Positions 48,849-57,804 of a stretch of 64,000 nt of DNA are shown piece by piece (the first letter of the stretch is position 1; the number at the start of each line of letters is the position of its first letter). A program made the translations under genes and the position numbers. The stretch lies in NCBI GenBank assembly GCA_964413165.1, contig CAYPSF010000002.1, forward strand, positions 7,324-71,323. Reading direction: 5' to 3'. The DNA is from an uncultured Bifidobacteriaceae bacterium (GTDB lineage Bacteria > Verrucomicrobiota > Verrucomicrobiia > Limisphaerales > UBA11358). Under the pieces are notes generated by a model, which saw nothing but the letters and a program-made list of their open reading frames with translations, searched no databases and was not told the DNA's origin.

Positions 48849-48882
48849 GTGAGTGGGTGGTGTTCGCACACCACCCACTCAC
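48849..48882 (-). terminator. Perfect 15-bp-stem hairpin between PATR paralogues 3 and 2 (terminator/attenuator candidate)
   Basis: GTGAGTGGGTGGTGT-TCGC-ACACCACCCACTCAC, 37 nt after the paralogue-3 stop. The downstream minus-strand sequence GCTTTCCATTGTTT is only weakly U-rich. Confidence 0.5.
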
Positions 48883-48918
48883 TTGCTACTTCAATTTATT
48901 CGTGTCAATTCAACTTTA

Positions 48919-51900
48919 TTACGGCGCCAAGCGATAGAACACGGCCCCGTTGGTCGGATTGATTGTGTTCGTGTAACCATTCGCGAGGTCGGTTCCCGGG
49001 ATGGTGACCCAATTGGTCTTCAAACCGGCCGCCAGCGTATTCGTCTGGACTTGCACATGCATGCCCAACGAACCGATCGGCCACGACAGCACCACCTGCC
49101 CGGCCGGATGCGTCACGGTAATTACCGGTGACACTGCCGGGATGGTGGACACCGTGATTGACCCGTCCGCAGCCAGGTTGTTGGCGAAGGTGACGCCCGC
49201 CGGCGGAACAATCACCACGCCAGCACCGCCGGTGACCGGCTTGCTGAAGATGGTGAACTTGTCTCCGACCGCCAGGGCCGGGCCGACATTGACCACCTGC
49301 AAACTGCCTCCGGTATAGTTGATGCCGTTGGTGACCGAGTAAACGCTGTTCGACTGGGGCGACAGCGACTTGTTCAGGACAGCCAAAACAGTTCCCGATG
49401 AAATATTCAGGTTGTTCGACACGATCAATGTGCCGACCGCGCTGGGAGAGACCGCAGCCAGAGTGCCGCCTTTCACGTTCACGTCGCCGGCCGCCGCGGT
49501 GAGCACCAGCGTACCGTTGCTGACCGTGATGGAACCGGTGGTCAGATTAGTGCTGTAGGGCGCGGTAAGCGTCAAGGTGCCAGAACCGGCTTGCACGACT
49601 GAACCCTGGGTCACCCCGCCGCTGATAACGTTGGCCAGCGTCACGCTGTCCGAGCGGTTGAAGATGAGCGTGCCCTCGTTCACGACGCCACCGCTGCCGA
49701 TGGAGCCGCTCGTACCGCCGTTGCCAACTTGCAGCGTCGACGTGCTGTTGCTGATGGTCGTGCTGCCCGGATAACTGTTATTGCCGGTAAGGATTACCTT
49801 GTTCGTGAGCACCAGCAAGGCACCCGAGTTGAACCCCGGCGAGTCAGTTACCACACTGGTGATTGAGCCCGGGAACGTGACGCTGCTATCCGCATAATTG
49901 AATATGAGGGTTCGGGCCAGGAGATTGGCCGTGGCGGTGTTGGTAAACACTACGTTGCCAACAATCGTGCCAGCGCCGACATTGATACCGTCGCCGAGTT
50001 GAATTGCGCCGCCGGCGATGAACGTGCCGCCGGTATAAGTGTTATTTGTGCCGGCGATCACGATCCAACCGGGATTGGCGTTGTTGTTGTCTTTCAACAC
50101 CCGGCCGGTTCCGACAATGTTGTTGCTGCAACCGCGGGCGGCGGGGGAAAACTCCTGACCGGTGAAGAAGAGCGTGCCGTTGTTGGTGATAACTGGGCTG
50201 GTTGACGCACCTTGATTGCCATCAACAAACTGGAACGTGGCGCCCGGATCTATTTGCGTCCAACCCGTATAGGTGTTCCCCGGCTGGCCGTAAGCTTTTA
50301 CAAAACCCGCATGCACAATCACGTTTCCCGTGCCGCTGATAATGGAATTGAAGCTGGACAAAACAGTCGGAGCCGTGCTGTTGAAAACGAGCAGGCCGTT
50401 ATCGACTATCCCGCGGTCGGGCATAGCACCAACGGCGCCACCAGTGCCAACCTGCAACGTGCCCGCGTTGATGGTCGAGCCACCCGTATAGGTTTCATTT
50501 GCGGCCAGGACAATTGTGCCGGGGCCGTTGACAGAGACGGAGCCGGTGCCGCTGATGACACTGCTGTTGGTCAGGGCGTCGGAGCGATTGAAGATCAGGC
50601 TGCCGTTGTCGGTGACGGCGCCACTGCCGAGAGTGCCGCTGGTGCCGCCGTTGCCGATTTGCAGCGTTCCGTTGGCAATCGTAGTCACGCCCGAATACGT
50701 ATTGGTGCCGGTCAAAACCCACAAGCCAGCGCCGCTCTTCGTCAGTATCGTTGCGCCGCCGTTGTTACCGAGCGAAGCCGCGAGTAAGTTGGTGTCCGTG
50801 TTGAGGCCGGTCAGCGTCAGCACCCGCGCGCCGGTTCCGACCAGGCCCACGGAGCCCGTGTTATTCAAGTTCAATCCGCCGGTACCGGGGGTACTGGAGG
50901 AGTCAATCGTTCCGCCGCCGGTGCGAACCGCAAAGAGGCGGTCAATGGACGCCGCCGGACCGGTGTATTGCAACGTGCCGCCATTGAAGACCAGATTGGT
51001 CACGCTGCTGCTTGCAGCCCCAATGTCACTGGCGGAACCGCCGTTAGCCAGCGCGCTGACGCTCACGATACCAGCATTGAATTTCGTGACGCCGGTATAA
51101 GTGTTGGCGCCGCCGGCCAGCGTCAGCATGACGTTGCCGTTCTTGGTCAGGCCGCCGCTGCCGCCGATGTTATTCGCGCCGCTGGAGGTGATGGTGTAAA
51201 CGTTCGTGCTGGTATTGACGGTAACACCTCCCGGCGAGACAGCCGTGGCAACGGTCACACTCAGGTTGGCGGTGGCCGAGTCATCGAACAAAGCCGCGCC
51301 GCCATTGACGAACGGCCCCGGGGTGGCGCCGACCTTCCAGTCCGTCGAAGTCGTGTTCCAATTGCCATCGGTCGCGCCGGTCCAGGTATAGGCCAGGCCG
51401 GTGATGTTCAGTCTGACCGTGTTGGCACTGATCGAGAGATTGCCAGCCGCGCCAATCAAGGTATCCAGGCTGACGGTCGGCGCCGAGCCGCTGATCCAGG
51501 CGAACAGCGGATAGCTTTGCCCAACGGTGAACGTGCCGCTGTTCACGTTGACGAAGAGCGTGCCGGGGGCGGTCAGCGTGCTCGCCGCGAGCGGCGCGGT
51601 GGCCGTGCTGTTGATGTTATTGAATTCCGTCGTCGAGCCGTCGCCGGTGGTGAGCGTTCCGGGCGTTACTTGCGTGCCCGTATCGGTAACCCCAACGGTT
51701 GCGCCGGCCGCCACAGTGATGTTGCCCGAGCCGGTCTTTGAGCCGACAAACACCAGTTTGCCCCCGCTGACGGTGGTCGCCCCACTGTAAGAACTCGCGC
51801 CCGAAAGCGTGAGGTTGCCAGGCCCGGATTTGGTGAGCGTGCCGCCGGTGCTGGCGAGTCCGGTCGCGAACGTCACGCTTTGTCCGATCGTGTCAAAGCT

Positions 51901-53007
51901 ATACGCCTGATTCGCAGCATTGGTGAAGCGCGAAGAATAATCAAAGGTGTTGTTCGCGCTGAATCCCAGCGTGCCGCCGGTGAAGGAAATGGGGTTGGCA
52001 CTGCTGCCGAGCGGGCCGGTGGTGCCGTTATCAGCGCCGCCGACGATCAATTCGCCACCGCTAAGAAAGACATTGCCATTAAAGGTGCTGGCTGCCGATG
52101 AAAGCGTAAGCGTGCCGGAATTAACCTGCAGATCCAGAGGACCGGAAATGGTTAAACCGATTGTGCCCGATTGCGCAGTAGCATCGTATTCCAACAGCGT
52201 CGGAATGGAGCCGTCATTATTTTGGAGAGCCAGCGTTCCAGTGACAATGGAAGGTTGAAGCAGAGTGGAACTCTTTAGAATCAAAGTGCCGCCGTTAAGA
52301 ATCACCGGGCCTTGTATGGTGCTATTTTCCGCGTTGAAGGGGCCGTGTCCGGCCGCCCAAATCATCGTGCCGGGTCCGGTTTTTGCCACGGACATTGCGC
52401 TGGCATTGGCGGTGACCAAGTCATTCGTAACGCGAAAATCTCCCGTGCCTTGAAAGAAAAATGTATGATTGCCGCCGCCGCCAAATCGGAACCTCGTGTT
52501 GGGAGTAATAATAACCGGATTCGCCGAGTTATTTACCCAATTTTGTATTTGCCCGCTCACGCCTCCCCAAACGGTATCAAACGCATTGGTAGTGGCATCA
52601 CTCCCCATAATAAAGCTCGCGGCGCCGCTATCCACGGTAATACCGTTGAATCGAATACCCGTGGACGCAGTATTGGCTACCGTAGTGTCAAATGTTACCG
52701 GACTGACTTGATTCGCCGTGAGATGAACATTCAATCCAATAGCGCTTCCGGAAGAGCCGGTTTGAAGGCCGCTGTTAGATCGGCCAATTACCGGACCGGT
52801 GGATTGGCCGTCGAATTGCATGGTGTCCCCACCTCCGGTGTTAGGATTGGGCACGCCATTGGGATTCCAGTTGAAGTTGGTGGCAAGGTCCAGTTGCCCA
52901 CCGGCGGAGTTGGTCCAGGTAAAGGTCGTTTGGCCAAAAACAACTGTCGTGGCGAACATGACGCACAACAGGATGGCAAGTTGGAGGCTTCTGAGTTTGG
53001 TTTTCAT
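48919..53007 (-). CDS. Giant secreted PATR protein, paralogue 3 (1362 aa)
   Basis: Signal peptide MKTKLRSLQLAILLCVMFATTVVFGQ. Colinear with paralogue 1 throughout. Ends in ...VVLSWPIGS...AVFYRLAP. Confidence 0.8.
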   Translation of the reverse strand: MKTKLRSLQLAILLCVMFATTVVFGQTTFTWTNSAGGQLDLATNFNWNPNGVPNPNTGGGDTMQFDGQSTGPVIGRSNSGLQTGSSGSAIGLNVHLTANQVSPVTFDTTVANTASTGIRFNGITVDSGAASFIMGSDATTNAFDTVWGGVSGQIQNWVNNSANPVIITPNTRFRFGGGGNHTFFFQGTGDFRVTNDLVTANASAMSVAKTGPGTMIWAAGHGPFNAENSTIQGPVILNGGTLILKSSTLLQPSIVTGTLALQNNDGSIPTLLEYDATAQSGTIGLTISGPLDLQVNSGTLTLSSAASTFNGNVFLSGGELIVGGADNGTTGPLGSSANPISFTGGTLGFSANNTFDYSSRFTNAANQAYSFDTIGQSVTFATGLASTGGTLTKSGPGNLTLSGASSYSGATTVSGGKLVFVGSKTGSGNITVAAGATVGVTDTGTQVTPGTLTTGDGSTTEFNNINSTATAPLAASTLTAPGTLFVNVNSGTFTVGQSYPLFAWISGSAPTVSLDTLIGAAGNLSISANTVRLNITGLAYTWTGATDGNWNTTSTDWKVGATPGPFVNGGAALFDDSATANLSVTVATAVSPGGVTVNTSTNVYTITSSGANNIGGSGGLTKNGNVMLTLAGGANTYTGVTKFNAGIVSVSALANGGSASDIGAASSSVTNLVFNGGTLQYTGPAASIDRLFAVRTGGGTIDSSSTPGTGGLNLNNTGSVGLVGTGARVLTLTGLNTDTNLLAASLGNNGGATILTKSGAGLWVLTGTNTYSGVTTIANGTLQIGNGGTSGTLGSGAVTDNGSLIFNRSDALTNSSVISGTGSVSVNGPGTIVLAANETYTGGSTINAGTLQVGTGGAVGAMPDRGIVDNGLLVFNSTAPTVLSSFNSIISGTGNVIVHAGFVKAYGQPGNTYTGWTQIDPGATFQFVDGNQGASTSPVITNNGTLFFTGQEFSPAARGCSNNIVGTGRVLKDNNNANPGWIVIAGTNNTYTGGTFIAGGAIQLGDGINVGAGTIVGNVVFTNTATANLLARTLIFNYADSSVTFPGSITSVVTDSPGFNSGALLVLTNKVILTGNNSYPGSTTISNSTSTLQVGNGGTSGSIGSGGVVNEGTLIFNRSDSVTLANVISGGVTQGSVVQAGSGTLTLTAPYSTNLTTGSITVSNGTLVLTAAAGDVNVKGGTLAAVSPSAVGTLIVSNNLNISSGTVLAVLNKSLSPQSNSVYSVTNGINYTGGSLQVVNVGPALAVGDKFTIFSKPVTGGAGVVIVPPAGVTFANNLAADGSITVSTIPAVSPVITVTHPAGQVVLSWPIGSLGMHVQVQTNTLAAGLKTNWVTIPGTDLANGYTNTINPTNGAVFYRLAP

Positions 53008-53133
53008 AAACGCTGAGGGTTGGACTCCCAACGCCGTGGCTGACGCCCGGCGCGGGATTTGCAGGGTTTGGGGGTTTGGAGTTTTCATTTTGTTTATCTG
53101 GGTTTTCGGTTTAGCGGTGAGGACTTAAAAGGG

Positions 53134-54024
<891 letters not shown>

Positions 54025-54064
54025 AGATTCGTTGTTTGGCGTTTAAATATTCTTCGCATTCCGG

Positions 54065-54643
54065 TCAGTATTTCGCCCCATTTCTGCAGCCGGCCAGTTT
54101 CAAAGCGTCGAGGCCCTGCCGGCCACAGTTTGCCTCCACTTCCGGATCCGGGCAGGAACCGTTGCGTTCCAGGCCGGCCCGAATTCCCCGGCCGGAGGAG
54201 AAACGCAGGGTAATACCGCAACTCCGGACAGCCTCCTTGGCTCCGTTCTTGAGCAACCGGTATTCGCTCGGTGCGACCTGGTTGACCGACTTGAAAACAC
54301 GTGAAAAATAGAACGGGTCGTCGTAGCCCAGCTTGGTGGCCACCTCCTTCACACTCAATGCCGTCTCGTCAAGCAACCGGCAGGCATGTTGCATGCGCAG
54401 GCGGATGAAGTAGTCAATGGGAGCACAGCCGACCTGACGTTTGAACAACGCGAAGAAATGGGACGGTGAAACATTGGCCAGGGCCGCGAGCGTGGCCACC
54501 TGTAACGTTTCATCCAGATGCCGCAGCATATAAGTGATGCTTTGCTCAATCTTCCGGACCGCTTCCGATTCGCAAGCCCCCCCCTGACCGCCGGCAGCAT
54601 TGGGAGAGGCCGGTTTCGGAGTTTCAATTTCAACGGTTTTCAT
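54065..54643 (-). CDS. Small AraC-family transcriptional regulator
   Basis: Two HTH units: LAALANVSPSHFFALFKRQVG and VKEVATKLGYDDPFYFSRVFK. Start at ATG 54643 (MKTVEIE...). Confidence 0.8.
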   Translation of the reverse strand: MKTVEIETPKPASPNAAGGQGGACESEAVRKIEQSITYMLRHLDETLQVATLAALANVSPSHFFALFKRQVGCAPIDYFIRLRMQHACRLLDETALSVKEVATKLGYDDPFYFSRVFKSVNQVAPSEYRLLKNGAKEAVRSCGITLRFSSGRGIRAGLERNGSCPDPEVEANCGRQGLDALKLAGCRNGAKY

Positions 54644-54660
54644 TGTCGCTGCACGGCTAA

Positions 54661-54683
54661 AATTAGTTCGCCACACGAACAAA
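54661..54683. promoter_or_regulatory. Operator-like palindrome upstream of the AraC / prepilin / PATR block
   Basis: AATTAGTTCG-CCACA-CGAACAAA, with half-sites TTAGTTCG / TTTGTTCG. It lies 20-40 nt upstream of ATG 54643 and shares the 10-mer AATTAGTTCG with 55974-55983. Confidence 0.4.
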
Positions 54684-54721
54684 ATCGGTGATTGCTCATT
54701 TTCAGTTTTGTTTATGGTGGT

Positions 54722-55933
54722 TCACGCGATCAAAGGCGCGCCAAAATGCTTCTGGAGCACGAGCGCCATGGTCCCCCGCAGCCGGGGTTGCGCTTCCGGG
54801 TCGGTAGGCAAAACCCGCGTGGCCGCATGGGTAAAGGTGCAGCGCCTGACGGCTTCGGTCACGACCGGCCCGACTTTGTCCCAGACCCGTGTCACCTCGC
54901 CCACCACCACCAATACATCCGGTGCCAGCCCGGTCACCAGCATGGCGATGCCGGTGCCCAGATGATGCGCCATTTGATTCAAAGCTTTACAGGCCCGGGC
55001 GTCATTCTGTTCCACCAGTCGCAAGATGTCGCCAAACGGCAGCTTGGCCATGTCACTCTTGGACCCGACCTCGCCTCTGCGGATCGACGCCGACTCAGCG
55101 TAATACCGCACCGCAGCTGAATTGGAAGCCAGCACCTCCCAGCAACCCGTGTTGCCACACCGGCATTTGGGACCGCCGGGCATCTGGGCGACGTGCCCGA
55201 ATTCCCCAGCCACGCCGTTGGAGCCCCGCACCAACTGACCGTTCATGATCATGCCCACACCGATGTCATCCGACACCGTCACGGCCACCAGGTTGCGCAC
55301 ACCATCCATGTGTCGTCCCGACCATAGTTCGGCCAGCGCGCAGGCGTTGGCGGCATTTTCCAGTTCCACCGGCAATCCAATGGCGCGTTCCAAATTCGTC
55401 TTTAAATCCAGATCACTCCAACCCAAGGTGGGCGCAAAGATTAATTGTTGTGACGAAGCGTCTACCCGGCCTGGCAGGCTGATGCCAATACCTTCGTAGG
55501 AGTTTTTGGGATGCGCCCGCATCAAATCCTTGACCCGGCGGCTTAACCGGGCGATGAATTCGGCCGGGTCCCTTTCCGTGGACATGGATTCCTGGGCCAG
55601 AAATTGGCTGTCCATGCCGGCAACCGCCAGGGTGGTTGTGGCCGGTTGAATATCAACGCCCACCACCCCGCACCGCTCGGTGTTCAAATGCAGAAAGGTC
55701 GGCTTGCGCCCGCGAGGCAGATCACCAACCGCCCCTTCCTTCAACCAGCGTTCCGCAATCAACTGCTCGGCAATCGCCGACACGGTACTGCGTTGCAACC
55801 CTGAGAAACGCATCAAATCGGCCCGGGAAACCGGTTGGTGCTTGCGCACCAAATTCAACATGATGCGACTGTTGATGTCGCGGACCGTTTCACTGGTCGC
55901 TACCTGAAAGTTGTTCAGATCAATTTTGCGCAC
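54722..55933 (-). CDS. ROK-family transcriptional regulator (XylR/NagC-like repressor)
   Basis: N-terminal winged HTH (INSRIMLNLVRKHQPVSRADLMRFSGLQRSTVSAIAEQL). ROK sugar-kinase fold with the zinc motif CRCGNTGCWE. GTG start at 55933. Confidence 0.85.
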   Translation of the reverse strand: MRKIDLNNFQVATSETVRDINSRIMLNLVRKHQPVSRADLMRFSGLQRSTVSAIAEQLIAERWLKEGAVGDLPRGRKPTFLHLNTERCGVVGVDIQPATTTLAVAGMDSQFLAQESMSTERDPAEFIARLSRRVKDLMRAHPKNSYEGIGISLPGRVDASSQQLIFAPTLGWSDLDLKTNLERAIGLPVELENAANACALAELWSGRHMDGVRNLVAVTVSDDIGVGMIMNGQLVRGSNGVAGEFGHVAQMPGGPKCRCGNTGCWEVLASNSAAVRYYAESASIRRGEVGSKSDMAKLPFGDILRLVEQNDARACKALNQMAHHLGTGIAMLVTGLAPDVLVVVGEVTRVWDKVGPVVTEAVRRCTFTHAATRVLPTDPEAQPRLRGTMALVLQKHFGAPLIA

Positions 55934-55973
55934 AAAAAAGGCCTAATATGGCCATGAGGCATCCGTCAAATGG

Positions 55974-56003
55974 AATTAGTTCGTATGTCGAATTTTATTA
56001 GTT
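55974..56003. promoter_or_regulatory. Operator-like sites upstream of the ROK regulator gene
   Basis: AATTAGTTCG-TATGT-CGAATTTT is followed by a second ATTAGTTTAG 22 nt downstream. The sites lie 40-70 nt upstream of the ROK start in an AT-rich divergent region. Confidence 0.4.
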
Positions 56004-56210
56004 TAGCCCTGTCTGTCAAGGGTAAAGTTTGAGGGTCGAACAAATTCATTGTAACCATGCCAGAATTAAGAGCTTAAAGTTAGAGCATTATCAACGGTTA
56101 CCAACCGGTTCAATTTTCAGCCATTAAACCCCGTTAATACAGGGATTTTGCTGTGGTCTCCCCGCAGGCGAACTCCAGCTATCAGCCGGGGTCAACCCCG
56201 GCAAAACGAT

Positions 56211-56249
56211 TGGAGTATCCTCCATGCGAATCGTAATATTGTCCATTCC
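56211..56249 (+). promoter_or_regulatory. Copy A of the conserved cis-element, upstream of the GH8 gene
   Basis: TGGAGTATCCTCCATGCGAATCGTAATATTGTCCATTCC. By my count 34/39 nt are identical to copy B. It contains the TGGAG-N4-CTCCA inverted repeat and TCCAT direct repeats 21 bp apart. Confidence 0.6.
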
Positions 56250-56276
56250 GTGACCTGCCAGGATGCAGTTTAGTGG

Positions 56277-57758
56277 GTGCCTCCTCGGAGCAGGCAGGAG
56301 AGAAAACTATTGAATTCCGTGAGCACAGTTAAATACGTCGGCAACCGGGCAATCAAGCAGGCGCCGGCCCTGAAAACCGGTCTCGTATGGCTTGTTGGAT
56401 CCATGAGTCTGCTGGTTTTCGGCGCAACACCCCAGCCTGCGCCAAACCATCCCAAGGCGCCGGACGCCGAGTTGAAGGCCCCTGCCGTCACCCAACCCGG
56501 CCCGGCAGACAGGCTCGACACTGTAAAGGCCGCCAGCGCGAACGGCTCCGGGACCTTCGCCACCGGCCAGTACCGCAACCTCTTCGTTGAAGGCGGACAT
56601 CCCGCCGACGAGGTAACCAACAAAATCAACGCTGCCTTCCAACAATTGTTCCACGGCAACCCGGCCAACCAGGCGGTTTATTATGCCGCCGGGTCCAATT
56701 CGAACGGTCCCCTCGCCTACATCACGGACATCAAACACCACGACGTGCGGACGGAAGGCCTGTCTTACGGCATGATGATTGCGGTGCAAATGAACCGGCA
56801 GGCAGAATTCGATGCACTCTGGAACTGGTCGAAGACCTACCTGTATCATGACTCGCCCACGCACCCCTCGTACGGATTTTTTTCGTGGCAGGCGCGGACG
56901 AACGGCACGGTGATGAGCGAATTCGTGGCGCCGGATGGCGAGTCCTATTATGTCATGGCCCTTTACTTTGCCGCAAACCGCTGGGGCAATGGCATCGGTA
57001 TTTACAATTATCATGCCGAGGCCGACCGGTTGCTTGCCGACATGCGACATCGCGCCTTGATCAAAGGTCAGATTGCTTCGTCCCGGCGGGAAACGAACAG
57101 TGTAACGACCGCAACGGCCGGGCCGCTGTTCAATGCCGAACATAAAATGGTTGTTTTCTCCCCGAGTTCCGAACGTCCGCAGTTCACCGATCCTTCCTAT
57201 CATCTGCCTGCATTTTACGAATTATGGGCGCGCTGGGGCCCGGCAACCGACCGGGATTTCTGGCTGGCAGCCGCTGCCGCCAGCCGGGATTTCTTTCCGC
57301 GCACGGCCCATCCGGTCACTGGGCTCACACCGGACTATGCGAATTTTGACGGAACGGTGATCAGCAACGCCCGGAACCGGGGCGCGGTCAATTTTCGTTT
57401 CGACGCGTTTCGCACAGCGGGGAACTGGTCGGTGGACTGGTCCTGGTGGGGCAAAGATGCCCGGGAACGGGAACTCAGCGACCGGTTGCAGGCCTTTTTT
57501 GAATCCAAAGGGATGTCAAATTACGGATGCCAGTTCACGTTGGATGGCCAACCGCTGGATGACCGGCATGCGCAGGGATTGGTGGCAGTGAATGCGGTGG
57601 CCAGCCTGGCCGCAACCAATCCGCGCGCGAATGAGTTCGTTGAAGCGTTGTGGAACTTGCCGGTACCGGACGGTATCGAGCGCTATTACGAAGGTCTGCT
57701 GTACATGATGGCCCTGCTCCATTGCAGCGGCGAATTTCGCATCTGGTCGCCACCCTGA
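56277..57758 (+). CDS. GH8 (reducing-end xylose-releasing exo-oligoxylanase-like)
   Basis: (alpha/alpha)6 GH8 blocks DVRTEGLSYGMMIAVQMNRQAEFDALWNW, ESYYVMALYFAANRWG and DAFRTAGN. The true start may be downstream, since a hydrophobic segment lies at residues 35-50. Confidence 0.75.
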   Translation: MPPRSRQERKLLNSVSTVKYVGNRAIKQAPALKTGLVWLVGSMSLLVFGATPQPAPNHPKAPDAELKAPAVTQPGPADRLDTVKAASANGSGTFATGQYRNLFVEGGHPADEVTNKINAAFQQLFHGNPANQAVYYAAGSNSNGPLAYITDIKHHDVRTEGLSYGMMIAVQMNRQAEFDALWNWSKTYLYHDSPTHPSYGFFSWQARTNGTVMSEFVAPDGESYYVMALYFAANRWGNGIGIYNYHAEADRLLADMRHRALIKGQIASSRRETNSVTTATAGPLFNAEHKMVVFSPSSERPQFTDPSYHLPAFYELWARWGPATDRDFWLAAAAASRDFFPRTAHPVTGLTPDYANFDGTVISNARNRGAVNFRFDAFRTAGNWSVDWSWWGKDARERELSDRLQAFFESKGMSNYGCQFTLDGQPLDDRHAQGLVAVNAVASLAATNPRANEFVEALWNLPVPDGIERYYEGLLYMMALLHCSGEFRIWSPP

Positions 57759-57804
57759 AATCGCACTGGAACCTCGTGTTCCGGCGGCAAACCTGCCAAG
57801 GCAT

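Noticed and set aside
56211-56227. Reading TGGAG...TGC of the conserved cis-element as a sigma54 -24/-12 promoter
   Set aside because: The GG-to-GC spacing is about 14 nt instead of the canonical 12. The TGGCAC/TTGCW consensus is not matched, and no sigma54 activator gene is nearby.
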